A DNA stretch of 48,622 bases from Shigella phage vB_Shig_1KOFFS. Numbering within the stretch: the first letter of the stretch is position 1; the number at the start of each line of letters is the position of its first letter. A program made the translations under genes and the position numbers. Of the stretch, positions 8,644 through 16,783 are shown piece after piece. The stretch lies in the sequence record PV615260; one strand, 5' to 3'. Below the pieces are notes generated by a model. That model saw only the letters and a program-made list of their open reading frames with translations. It did no database searches and was not told where the DNA came from.

Positions 8644-8882
8644 TATATTTTAACCTCGTTTTGGTGGATGAAGTCGGCGACGTAATGGCATTCGATCGGA
8701 TTCTCGATACCCGCCAGCACCTCGCACAACCCGTTATTCAGTAGCTGGCAATGCTGGCACTCCGCGCCGCCAACACTGGCAATGACAATGGCGATCCCGT
8801 TGCATGAACCGCCGAACATTCGATGAGGGAAGGGGTAAGCATCGCAGGTGCAAACCACCTCCCCGGCTCGCAGTTTCCTCAT
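8643..8882 (-). CDS. Cys-rich small protein (79 aa), possible zinc-binding
   Basis: Seven cysteines including CTC and CQHC clusters; ATG at 8882 overlaps upstream stop. Confidence 0.45.
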   Translation of the reverse strand: MRKLRAGEVVCTCDAYPFPHRMFGGSCNGIAIVIASVGGAECQHCQLLNNGLCEVLAGIENPIECHYVADFIHQNEVKI

Positions 8883-9073
8883 ACCTGACCCTTCTCGATG
8901 CAGAAAACCCAATCACGAGCGTCAACCGCAAAGCGTGCAACGCCGTCGAGCACCACGAAGACAGTAAACCAGTTGACGCCGCGACCCTTCTCGATATCGG
9001 TTACGGTACGGAACAGATCGCTTGCGCCATATTGAATTTTATCCCCGACGACTACATCCGCAAATGCTTTCAT
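8879..9073 (-). CDS. hypothetical protein (64 aa)
   Basis: ORF directly downstream of a regulatory cassette, RBS AGGAG. Confidence 0.5.
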   Translation of the reverse strand: MKAFADVVVGDKIQYGASDLFRTVTDIEKGRGVNWFTVFVVLDGVARFAVDARDWVFCIEKGQV

Positions 9074-9148
9074 GGTTAATCTCCTGACTGGTTTCGATGG
9101 GGTAACTATACCAGGCCTTTCGGCCCGGCGTTTAGCAATTCGTGCTTA
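9074..9148 (-). promoter_or_regulatory. Conserved promoter-like cassette (copy on - strand)
   Basis: Reverse complement reads TAAGCACGAATTGCTAAACG, hairpin ccgggccgaaaggcctgg, extended -10-like TGGTATAGT, then CCCCATCGAAAC. Confidence 0.5.
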
Positions 9149-9427
9149 TTTCACTGCTTTCTTCGCTGCCTTGTACGCCTCTTTGAAAGCCGGAACATCT
9201 TCGACCGGAATCCAGAAGCCGGAGCCATAGCCATCATCGTAGCAGGGGCATTGGTCGCAGTAGTCGCCCCAGGTTTTCTCTTCGCCGCCAACAGAGAAGC
9301 CAGTGGCCATTTCGCATAACGCCTCCTCAACCGCCTCGATCTTGTCGGCGTCGCTATCCATGATAACGAAGTTCCACTTGCCGTTATACTCGCTGCCAAG
9401 GTTGATTGATTCGCGTTGAAGTTTCAT
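9146..9427 (-). CDS. acidic small protein (93 aa), first gene of leftward operon
   Basis: Asp/Glu-rich composition with CDQCPC cluster. Confidence 0.5.
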   Translation of the reverse strand: MKLQRESINLGSEYNGKWNFVIMDSDADKIEAVEEALCEMATGFSVGGEEKTWGDYCDQCPCYDDGYGSGFWIPVEDVPAFKEAYKAAKKAVK

Positions 9428-9785
9428 AGCTTTAGACCCTTTGGCTCAATTCGTTTCGTTGAAGTCATCATAGCAAAGTCGATCGGGTGGCTTTTGACAA
9501 AAAATGCTATTCCTGCGATTGCTGATTATTCCACCGATTCGGAATAGTGGAATAGATGGTGATTGCACCTGATTCCCTGGTGATTAGTTTTGACGAATCA
9601 TGATTGCTTTTGATTGTTTCATTTTGCGCAATGACTTGGTGGAGTGTTTCATGATTTGCAACGAATTGCATAAATGTATGCACCATGCACGCAATTTGCC
9701 GATCGAAGCTGGCAGAACTGGAGTTGTGTTTCACCAACATTTACGCCGTGTGGGAGTGTGGGGGAGGGATAATCTTACCTAAAAA

Positions 9786-9897
9786 TTGCGCAAAAAGCGA
9801 CCAATATAAGCCCATATATAGATAGTAAGTATATGATAAATAATAATATTATTATTATTACTCTCTATCTTTATATATGTTTGGTAAGATTTCTCAG
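9786..9897. repeat. Inverted repeat copy A (about 110 bp, 47-bp AT-rich core at 9818-9864)
   Basis: Reverse-complement match to 42604-42715; the core atagatagtaagtatatgataaataa(t/c)aatattattattattactct differs at one position. Confidence 0.85.
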
Positions 9898-10014
9898 GGG
9901 AGGTTATGGATTCCTCTTGCGCAAGCCATAATTTTTAGATGTTCCGCCGCGAAAAAATGTATATATGGATATATGGGGGATGACAGCAAATCTTCCCAAA
10001 CACGCGCAAATCCT

Positions 10015-10043
10015 TTGACACCAAGGCTTGCGGCCAGTATTAT
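10015..10043 (+). promoter_or_regulatory. Sigma70 consensus-like promoter for the rightward early operon
   Basis: TTGACA at 10015-10020, 17-bp spacer, TATTAT at 10038-10043, about 50 bp upstream of ATG 10091. Confidence 0.6.
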
Positions 10044-10090
10044 CACCTTCCGAAACATTACCAAACGCCGTAAGTGTGGGGGAAACACAA

Positions 10091-10669
10091 ATGCAATACA
10101 AAGGCTATGAGTTCGAAGAAGTCGATGTGTCCGAGTGGATGCAGTACGACGCAGAAAAGCAGGCCGCGTACCATGAATGGCTGCAATCCATCACGTTTGG
10201 TGACACCACCAGGCCAGCAGGGCGGAGCCAGGAAGCCACTAAACCTGAAGGCACATTCACTGGCAACCGCTCTTCCGAGATCCGGCGCATGTTCCTGGAT
10301 GGCGGGCGGCGTATCCAGATGACGGCGGAGGAGTTCGCGGAGAAGTTCGGCGTTCATCCGGTCGACAACCATTTCCGCAGGCCGTTGCTGAAACTCCTGG
10401 AGCCGGGCGAGGTGTTGCGCGTGAGCCTGGGGGCGGGGTTAATCTCCGTCTTTACCGAGTTCGACGCAATGACTAGCTCAAACCTGGAGGTTGAGGCATA
10501 CAGGCGGCAGGGCGCTACCTCTGAGCGGGAAAGGATTAAGGGTTTAGTGGCCGCTCTTGCCGTAGACTTTGCCGGGGATGCTCTGGCCGGGATTTACAAG
10601 GCGAACTTGTTCGCGGCTATCGATCTTGGGTTGACCGCCAGCGATATCAGCCAGCACGGCAAGCAATAG
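10091..10669 (+). CDS. hypothetical early protein (192 aa)
   Basis: ATG at 10091 preceded by GGGGGA; ORF-track extension to 10028 would overlap the promoter. Confidence 0.55.
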   Translation: MQYKGYEFEEVDVSEWMQYDAEKQAAYHEWLQSITFGDTTRPAGRSQEATKPEGTFTGNRSSEIRRMFLDGGRRIQMTAEEFAEKFGVHPVDNHFRRPLLKLLEPGEVLRVSLGAGLISVFTEFDAMTSSNLEVEAYRRQGATSERERIKGLVAALAVDFAGDALAGIYKANLFAAIDLGLTASDISQHGKQ

Positions 10670-10741
10670 CACTTTTTGTTAAAACGCGATCGGGGTGGCT
10701 TGCTATAGTAACCCCATCGAAACGAACAACGGAGCACCACA
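10667..10741 (+). promoter_or_regulatory. Conserved promoter-like cassette
   Basis: TAGCACTTTTTGTTAAAAC, hairpin GGGGTggcttgctatagtaACCCC containing TGcTATAGT, then CCCCATCGAAAC and RBS GGAG. Confidence 0.55.
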
Positions 10742-11236
10742 ATGAAATCTCGCGAATACCTAAACACCCTTAATGGCCTTATCTACTGGCTGGAAGATGA
10801 CGCAGTGATGATGCGCAAGCGCGAAGGCAATATTGTGAAGAAGTCGAATATGGCAGCGGCGATCTTCTTTGCGATGGTCGGCAACGATACACTTCTGCTT
10901 GTCGAGGCGGAGCCGGAGCAAAAGAGCATGACCATGAACGAATTCTCTAACTTCCTGGCTGGCATCGACAAGAGCACCACGACTGCAACCGCACAGACGG
11001 CCATTCAGGGCGGAGCCACCCACATTGCCATCGACGGTAACGGCGACGTCTTCGCATTCAAGATGCGCCCGCGCCCCTGCCTGCCGGATGACGACGACGC
11101 GAATGACTACCTGGGCGAATGGCTTCGCGGGTCTGAGCAGTACGGCCACATTGCGCGAACAGTCTGCTTCCTTGGCAACACTGGCCGCGAGCACCGCAAC
11201 TGGCTGGAACTCTGCTTCCAGATCCCACAGCAATAG
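10742..11236 (+). CDS. hypothetical early protein (164 aa)
   Basis: ORF downstream of cassette; contains an acidic DDDDAND stretch. Confidence 0.55.
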   Translation: MKSREYLNTLNGLIYWLEDDAVMMRKREGNIVKKSNMAAAIFFAMVGNDTLLLVEAEPEQKSMTMNEFSNFLAGIDKSTTTATAQTAIQGGATHIAIDGNGDVFAFKMRPRPCLPDDDDANDYLGEWLRGSEQYGHIARTVCFLGNTGREHRNWLELCFQIPQQ

Positions 11237-11304
11237 CACTTTTTGCTAAAACACGATCGGGGTAACGCGGTATTATTACCCCATCGAAACAGAGGAGCAA
11301 AAAC
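11234..11304 (+). promoter_or_regulatory. Conserved promoter-like cassette
   Basis: TAGCACTTTTTGCTAAAAC, hairpin GGGGTAAcgcggtatTATTACCCC, CCCCATCGAAAC, RBS GAGGAG. Confidence 0.55.
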
Positions 11305-11517
11305 ATGATTGGCAACCACAACAACGAACTGAACGCAGCAGCACACCGTCGCGCAGTCGAGCAGAACTTCAACGCGCTTAAAGCAGCCTGCGATGAGATG
11401 AAAGCAATGCTTGAACTGCCGTCATGGGATCCCCAACTCGAAGACTACTATGACGGCCTCCGCGTCAAGCGTGACGATATCATCAACCGCCTGCGCCTGG
11501 CTGGAATGTTCCTGTAA
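11305..11517 (+). CDS. hypothetical early protein (70 aa)
   Basis: ORF downstream of cassette. Confidence 0.5.
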   Translation: MIGNHNNELNAAAHRRAVEQNFNALKAACDEMKAMLELPSWDPQLEDYYDGLRVKRDDIINRLRLAGMFL

Positions 11518-11527
11518 GGAGAACGCA

Positions 11528-11848
11528 ATGATTCACGAAGTTAAATCCGGCGAGCAAGTAGTGGCCACCATCACGCAGCGCCACGTTGTAGCCTTCCAGA
11601 TTAACATCCCTGGCACGTTCGATATGCAGTCGCTTGACGTGCCAGTTTGGGCCAACACGGTTGCCATTGATGCCGACGGCTCGATTTGGGCCTATGAGTC
11701 GACCGTTGAAAATGTTCGCCTGCTGAGTTACTCGCCTGATTCATGGGTGGATAAGGGGCCGGGCGGAAACAAAATGGTTCAGGTGGGCGAAATGGCTCGT
11801 TTCCCTGATTGGGCAAAATCGAAGATTGACCTTCGCGGCCTGAAATAG
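11528..11848 (+). CDS. hypothetical early protein (106 aa)
   Basis: ATG at 11528 preceded by GGAG. Confidence 0.5.
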   Translation: MIHEVKSGEQVVATITQRHVVAFQINIPGTFDMQSLDVPVWANTVAIDADGSIWAYESTVENVRLLSYSPDSWVDKGPGGNKMVQVGEMARFPDWAKSKIDLRGLK

Positions 11849-11934
11849 CACGCATTGCTAAACGCCAGGTCAGTGGATCGGGCATAATTATCACGAAGTC
11901 GATTAACGACCAAATTATGCAAGGAGACAGGATA
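11845..11934 (+). promoter_or_regulatory. Conserved promoter-like cassette
   Basis: TAGCACGCATTGCTAAAC, 22 bp, CATAAT, then RBS AGGAG before ATG 11935. Confidence 0.5.
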
Positions 11935-12192
11935 ATGCAGCAATTCAAATCTCGCGGCAGGGTATACAGCCTGCCAGATACCGCAACTCATGCCGCGCCA
12001 GGCGTATGCGTCGGCCTTTACTTCATGGATTGCGGCAAATGGTTCTTCATTGGCGACCTGGTGACGGATGATGTTAAGCCGCTACTTTGCGGCAAACATC
12101 GCGGATTCTTCGATCACGATATCGTGGAGCTGAAGCCGAAGCGCAATCCGTTTGGTTTCTGGAACAAAATCAAAGTGGCGATTTTCAAATGA
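11935..12192 (+). CDS. hypothetical early protein (85 aa)
   Basis: ATG at 11935 with RBS AAGGAG. Confidence 0.5.
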   Translation: MQQFKSRGRVYSLPDTATHAAPGVCVGLYFMDCGKWFFIGDLVTDDVKPLLCGKHRGFFDHDIVELKPKRNPFGFWNKIKVAIFK

Positions 12193-12386
12193 ACCAATTC
12201 GAATTCCTGGCGCGGGCGCACCGTGCGCTTGCAATGTACGCCTTCAGCAAGAACATGAAGATTATCAGTATTGAGGTTGAGTTCAACAATATCAGCATTT
12301 CCGGCTATGTTGGCGGCTCGTACCACGTTACAAAATTCAGCTTCCCATCGCTGGCCAGCCTGGAGCGTGAGGCGCTCGGTTTCTGA
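12189..12386 (+). CDS. hypothetical early protein (65 aa)
   Basis: ATG overlaps upstream stop. Confidence 0.45.
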   Translation: MNQFEFLARAHRALAMYAFSKNMKIISIEVEFNNISISGYVGGSYHVTKFSFPSLASLEREALGF

Positions 12387-12459
12387 ATAGCACTTTTTGC
12401 TAAACGCCCGGTCAGGAGATCGGGCATAATGGCCATACACCAAACAACGGAGATTAACC
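12387..12459 (+). promoter_or_regulatory. Conserved promoter-like cassette
   Basis: TAGCACTTTTTGCTAAAC directly after stop TGA, 22 bp, CATAAT, RBS GGAG. Confidence 0.5.
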
Positions 12460-12786
12460 ATGATTCGCACTACCAGGCCGCTACCCAATAACCTTTACGC
12501 CACGATTGGGATTCGCGCGGTGATACTGATTCACGTCAACGAAGTTGGCAACGTGGCTGTTTTGTGGTTTGAGCGCCACTCAAGCGGGGTTGGCCTGAGC
12601 ATTGAAAGAGTCGGGCGCTTTGACGGCAGATCACGAACTCATTCTCATTGGGTTGATGGCTCCTGCTGCTGGACGCACGTTAAGCACGCCGAGAACTTCG
12701 ACGCCAAATCACTGAGCGACGACGACGCCTGGAAGATGGTAACAGATCTCTTTGGTTATGATTCCTGCATGGAGGTAGTAGGATGA
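12460..12786 (+). CDS. hypothetical early protein (108 aa)
   Basis: ORF downstream of cassette. Confidence 0.5.
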   Translation: MIRTTRPLPNNLYATIGIRAVILIHVNEVGNVAVLWFERHSSGVGLSIERVGRFDGRSRTHSHWVDGSCCWTHVKHAENFDAKSLSDDDAWKMVTDLFGYDSCMEVVG

Positions 12787-13085
12787 TACGTTTATCAGAC
12801 TTCGATCGCCACTGCTTAACCGGGCAATTTGGCGAAAAGCCAGTGATGTGCAAGATCTCGAAGGTTAAGGGCGACCCCGTCGAGAAGGTCAATACGCTTA
12901 AAGGCCTGGCAATGCGCAACCGACTTTACATCCAGGTTCGCGGCGGACTGTTCGCAATGCAGGTTCATTTTTCGCATGGGACGTGGTTCTACACTGGCGG
13001 AGACGGGGTTGGCCCATCGCCGAAAAGGGTTATGCTGCGTGAGATAATCGAACGCGGCTACGTTTGGACTAACGGGATCTACTAA
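12783..13085 (+). CDS. hypothetical early protein (100 aa)
   Basis: RBS GGAGG; start overlaps upstream stop. Confidence 0.5.
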   Translation: MIRLSDFDRHCLTGQFGEKPVMCKISKVKGDPVEKVNTLKGLAMRNRLYIQVRGGLFAMQVHFSHGTWFYTGGDGVGPSPKRVMLREIIERGYVWTNGIY

Positions 13086-13330
13086 TGGAAACAGTAACAG
13101 TGATTTGCACCCATGCGGGTTACGGGCCACTTATTCCGCTGTTCACGGTGGGTAAGGAGTATCAAGCCAGGTTCGGCCCCGGCCTTGATGAAGTCTGGAT
13201 TTTGCAGGACGACAAGAAAACAACGGAGTTGGGAGAAAACTGGTTAGCGTGCCGTATGCCGGACGAAAAGATAGCGATGTTTCTTAACAGACCATATGAA
13301 AACAACGTTATATTTGAGGTGAAAGTATGA
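13085..13330 (+). CDS. hypothetical early protein (81 aa)
   Basis: ATG overlaps upstream stop (TAATG). Confidence 0.5.
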   Translation: METVTVICTHAGYGPLIPLFTVGKEYQARFGPGLDEVWILQDDKKTTELGENWLACRMPDEKIAMFLNRPYENNVIFEVKV

Positions 13331-13512
13331 AAGTAAGCAAAAAGAAACTCGCGCTGTATTGGGCCTTCTTCTTGGTTGGCCTGGCGCTGCATGATAATGT
13401 AGACTGGCATCCGGTCGGCATGATTTGCATCATCATCGGGTTATGCCGACTGTCAGAGATTGACGGGTTCCGCCGTGGATATAGGGCAGCGTTCAGCGGC
13501 GAAAAAAAATAG
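13327..13512 (+). CDS. small membrane protein (61 aa)
   Basis: Two hydrophobic segments (LALYWAFFLVGLAL and VGMICIIIGL). Confidence 0.45.
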   Translation: MKVSKKKLALYWAFFLVGLALHDNVDWHPVGMICIIIGLCRLSEIDGFRRGYRAAFSGEKK

Positions 13513-13591
13513 CACTTTTTGTTAAAACTGCCGTAACGTCATTTGATAAAGTGGCGTTACTGAAGTGAACAATCCAATCAGGAGCAACGCA
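13510..13591 (+). promoter_or_regulatory. Conserved promoter-like cassette (variant hairpin)
   Basis: TAGCACTTTTTGTTAAAAC, hairpin CGTAACG..CGTTAC, TGATAAAGT, RBS AGGAG. Confidence 0.45.
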
Positions 13592-13810
13592 ATGAACGAC
13601 AATTTAATCGCACTGCTGGAAGAACTGAATTCCTACGGCTGTGCATACATCGAGCTTTCGAGCGAGCAGGTTATTGAAGTCGCAATCGACGATGACGCCG
13701 GGTTCACCAGATTAAGGGTGGCGGCAGGGGCCGAAGAGGAATTCGAGGACTGCGGCATCCGTGAAGTAACTAACCTTCTCGAAGTTCACCAGGTGAAGGA
13801 GATCCGCTAA
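13592..13810 (+). CDS. hypothetical early protein (72 aa)
   Basis: ATG at 13592 after RBS CAGGAG. Confidence 0.5.
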   Translation: MNDNLIALLEELNSYGCAYIELSSEQVIEVAIDDDAGFTRLRVAAGAEEEFEDCGIREVTNLLEVHQVKEIR

Positions 13811-14298
13811 TGAACACCGTCAAACTTATGGTTGTCAACGTGGCCCGCGAACGTGAACGCCACCTTATCGGCTGCGTATTCGATGCCGTCGAGGTTCGCG
13901 ATCCGCTCGGAATGGCTCGCGTAATCAATGGCGGATACCTTAACGAATTCATCATCAACCCGCTTGATACTGACGAAGACTTGACCATCCGTGTTGGTGG
14001 CGAGCCGGAAAACGCGCTTTTCCACCTGCGGAAAGTATCGAAGGCGTCGCAGCGCAAGTTGCTGGTTCGCGCACTGAAGCGCATTGCGAAGGAGCGCGGT
14101 TACACCGACGCATACATCCGCAAGTTCGGCACGTTCGCTGGCGTCGGAGATTGGGCGCGATCCTGGGCCGACTTATACTTCGATAAATCCGGCAAATTCT
14201 GTTCCGCGCATACGGACTGGCTGCATGGAACCGAACACGATCCAGTTAGCGGCCACGAGTGGTACGAATTCATTGAGGATGGATTAGACGCCCTTTGA
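13810..14298 (+). CDS. hypothetical early protein (162 aa)
   Basis: ORF whose start overlaps upstream stop. Confidence 0.55.
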   Translation: MNTVKLMVVNVARERERHLIGCVFDAVEVRDPLGMARVINGGYLNEFIINPLDTDEDLTIRVGGEPENALFHLRKVSKASQRKLLVRALKRIAKERGYTDAYIRKFGTFAGVGDWARSWADLYFDKSGKFCSAHTDWLHGTEHDPVSGHEWYEFIEDGLDAL

Positions 14299-14373
14299 TA
14301 GCACGAATTGCTAAAACGAACGTCCGGGGATGGTGCATACTATCCCCACACCAACGAACAAAGGAACTCACAC
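14299..14373 (+). promoter_or_regulatory. Conserved promoter-like cassette
   Basis: TAGCACGAATTGCTAAAAC, hairpin GGGGAtggtgcatactATCCCC, RBS AAGGAA. Confidence 0.5.
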
Positions 14374-14976
14374 ATGAAAAGTCAGAAAATTACCCTGATC
14401 CCGTCCGTCGATTCCGTGGTTAATACTTACGCGAAATTCACCAAAGGCAAGCGCTATACCGCAACCGCATTTACCAAATGTTCAGGCGAAATGCTGTACA
14501 AGGTCAGCGATGACTACGGGCGCGAGTATCACGTAAACCCAATATCTTCGCAATATCTTGGTGGCCATCGCTTCGATATCGAGTATCCGATCGAGGATTG
14601 CAGCAAGCGCGAGTCGCTCACCATCAACGCGGCAACCATCGGGGACGGGTTCATTAGCCGTGCCTGCATCGTTGACCTGATCCCGTCCGACAATCACGCC
14701 AAAGACGACGCCGACCCGCTGTTAAAGGCAGTTGTTCGCGCCGGAATCGGCTGGGCGTTAAGTGATGCGTCGTGCGAATCATTCATGCGTGAACCGTTCT
14801 CACGAATCGCGGAGCTTGAAAAGCAGGTTGCGTTCCTGACTGGTGAACTTCAGGCGGCTATCGCCACGATCGAGAAGGTTCGGGAAATCATGCGCACCGA
14901 ACCTGGCTATGACGTTGAAGATCACGCGCGAGTTTTGCGCATGATGGCCGACGCCTTCGCAAAACTCCAGCAATAG
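14374..14976 (+). CDS. hypothetical early protein (200 aa)
   Basis: ATG at 14374; C-terminal region looks coiled-coil-like (ELEKQVAFLTGELQAAIATIEKVREIM). Confidence 0.55.
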   Translation: MKSQKITLIPSVDSVVNTYAKFTKGKRYTATAFTKCSGEMLYKVSDDYGREYHVNPISSQYLGGHRFDIEYPIEDCSKRESLTINAATIGDGFISRACIVDLIPSDNHAKDDADPLLKAVVRAGIGWALSDASCESFMREPFSRIAELEKQVAFLTGELQAAIATIEKVREIMRTEPGYDVEDHARVLRMMADAFAKLQQ

Positions 14977-15041
14977 CACGAACCACAAACACTAACCGGG
15001 TTTGCTGCATGGCTACCCCGCCAAAGACAAGGAAAAACATC
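14975..15041 (+). promoter_or_regulatory. Degenerate copy of the promoter-like cassette
   Basis: Starts TAGCACGAA and contains GGCTACCCC but lacks the TGCTAAA half. Confidence 0.3.
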
Positions 15042-15233
15042 ATGATTTACGCAATTATTGCCCTGGTGGTTCTTATTCTGGCCCTGTATGCGTGCGGCTG
15101 TTTCCTCATGCGGGCCTTCCTGAAATCTGCGGATTCTACCGACAAAGACGATCTTTATCCTGTGTTGTGCTGGCCATGGATTACACTTTCCTCCGTTGGC
15201 AGCGTGATCATTTCCCGCAATTTTAAATGGTGA
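15042..15233 (+). CDS. small membrane protein (63 aa)
   Basis: N-terminal hydrophobic helix IYAIIALVVLILALYACGCFL; RBS AAGGAAAAA. Confidence 0.5.
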   Translation: MIYAIIALVVLILALYACGCFLMRAFLKSADSTDKDDLYPVLCWPWITLSSVGSVIISRNFKW

Positions 15234-15269
15234 GATGGCGTTTGTGTTCCAAAGTGGATAGCCAGCAAA

Positions 15270-15343
15270 TAGCACGAATTGCTAAAACCGATCAGGGGTA
15301 AGCTGGTATAGTTACCCCATCGAAACGAAACGGAGTTACAGCA
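15270..15343 (+). promoter_or_regulatory. Conserved promoter-like cassette
   Basis: TAGCACGAATTGCTAAAAC, hairpin GGGGTAAgctggtatagTTACCCC with TGgTATAGT, CCCCATCGAAAC, RBS GGAG. Confidence 0.55.
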
Positions 15344-15556
15344 ATGAAAATCAAAATTACCAAAATCGACACTCTTAACGGCGACGGCTCAATTACCCTG
15401 GAAGAATGCGGCCTCAAAATCGGCGAAGTTCTTGAGGTCGACGGCCACTTCAACGACGGCTCCTACTGTGTGATCGCTCCGCGCAATAGCGAGTTTATCC
15501 AGGCTGGTGACAATATCAGCGTGAGCGCAGACGAATGCGAGGTTGTGGAAGAATGA
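15344..15556 (+). CDS. hypothetical early protein (70 aa)
   Basis: ORF downstream of cassette. Confidence 0.5.
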   Translation: MKIKITKIDTLNGDGSITLEECGLKIGEVLEVDGHFNDGSYCVIAPRNSEFIQAGDNISVSADECEVVEE

Positions 15557-16128
15557 GCAACAAAATTTGGGTACTGACCTACACTATCGGAACCAACGAG
15601 GGGCGCAAATCGCGCCGCCTCATCTGCGACACCAAAGAGCAGGCGATTATGCAGCAAACCGTTCTTGGTGGCGAGGTTGTCGAATATTTCCGCAAGCCTG
15701 AAGCGTTCAAGGTGAACTGGCCGGAAGGCATGGATATCAACGGAGCGTTAGCGAGCCTGCGTGAGATGCAGCACAACCCGAAGACGTGGAGCGACTTTCA
15801 ATGCCTGCGTGCGGAGCCGGAAGTGAAGGCCGACCCGTTCACCAATATTCGGGCGCAGCACGCGGAATGGTCGGATCGCCAGTTCGGTAACGTCGGGCCA
15901 GTAGGGCCACTCAAACACCTGGCGAAAGAGGCGATCGAGGCTGCCGAAGCGCCGGATGACATTAGCGAGTTCGCCGATATCCTCATGTTGGTATGGGACG
16001 CAATGCGCCGCGCCGGATTCAGCGATGAGCAGTTGGCTGAAGCGGTGGCGGAAAAGCTGGAACGGAACAAGCGTCGGGCGTGGGGTGAGGTCAAAGATGG
16101 CGAACCTTGCCACCACGTAAAAAATTAA
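15553..16128 (+). CDS. MazG-like nucleotide pyrophosphohydrolase domain protein (tentative)
   Basis: Glu/Asp-rich helical segment KEAIEAAEAPDDISEFADILMLVWDAMRRAG resembles the MazG EExxE/D metal-binding helices; from memory only. Confidence 0.4.
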   Translation: MSNKIWVLTYTIGTNEGRKSRRLICDTKEQAIMQQTVLGGEVVEYFRKPEAFKVNWPEGMDINGALASLREMQHNPKTWSDFQCLRAEPEVKADPFTNIRAQHAEWSDRQFGNVGPVGPLKHLAKEAIEAAEAPDDISEFADILMLVWDAMRRAGFSDEQLAEAVAEKLERNKRRAWGEVKDGEPCHHVKN

Positions 16129-16197
16129 CGAAATCTAATACCGTTTAAAGCGCCTGTAAGCCATTCTGGCGGGCGCAAATTTAAGGAGTGCGATTGT

Positions 16198-16434
16198 ATG
16201 CCTGAATACTCAAAAGTCGAAGATATGCCGATTGGCGCAACCATTACGGGAATTCGCATTGATGAATGGGTAGATGCCATCACCCCACTGGCGTTTCCGG
16301 TTACGCAGGTGGAGACTGACAGCGAAAAAGGGTTTATCTTCATCTACAAAAACCTCAATAGTCCGCTGCGTGTTGAAGTGTTCATTGCTCGCGGAACCTG
16401 GGTAGAATGGGAGAAGGCCAAATGTTCGGACTGA
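16198..16434 (+). CDS. hypothetical early protein (78 aa)
   Basis: ORF with RBS AAGGAG. Confidence 0.5.
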   Translation: MPEYSKVEDMPIGATITGIRIDEWVDAITPLAFPVTQVETDSEKGFIFIYKNLNSPLRVEVFIARGTWVEWEKAKCSD

Positions 16435-16655
16435 ATGAAGCGCAGTACAACGCCGTGAAGCGCATAGCAAAGCAGATGGCCGCAGAAACAAAAGACGCCA
16501 TCAAGAAGGACAAGAAGACCTACGATCAGGTCGCCGCGAAGATGATCGATAAACATTGGGCGCAAATCAACACGCTGGTTACTCGCGGCCAGTTTATCTG
16601 GATAGCTGGCTACCTGGAAGGCCGATTCGGTCGCAGGGATGGCGAGTATGAATAA
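16422..16655 (+). CDS. hypothetical early protein (77 aa)
   Basis: ATG at 16422 overlapping the end of the upstream gene. Confidence 0.45.
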   Translation: MFGLNEAQYNAVKRIAKQMAAETKDAIKKDKKTYDQVAAKMIDKHWAQINTLVTRGQFIWIAGYLEGRFGRRDGEYE

Positions 16656-16783
16656 AAAACAGCCAAACGATTCAGTGACCTATTGACGCAATCGCGCTGA
16701 CCGTGTAACGTGAACCACGTAGACGCAAGAGGCGGTAAACATCCGCAAGTCTGGCCCCGCTTAGGGGCATTTACAAAGGGGTT

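Noticed and set aside
9507-10110. Three ORFs (9507-9740 -, 9600-9782 +, 9877-10110 +) in the control region
   Set aside because: No RBS, unusual amino-acid composition, and they overlap repeats and the consensus promoter; treated as non-coding.
10667-15343. Intergenic hairpins as rho-independent terminators
   Set aside because: The stems are not followed by a U-tract on either strand, unlike the dozen clear terminators elsewhere in the window.
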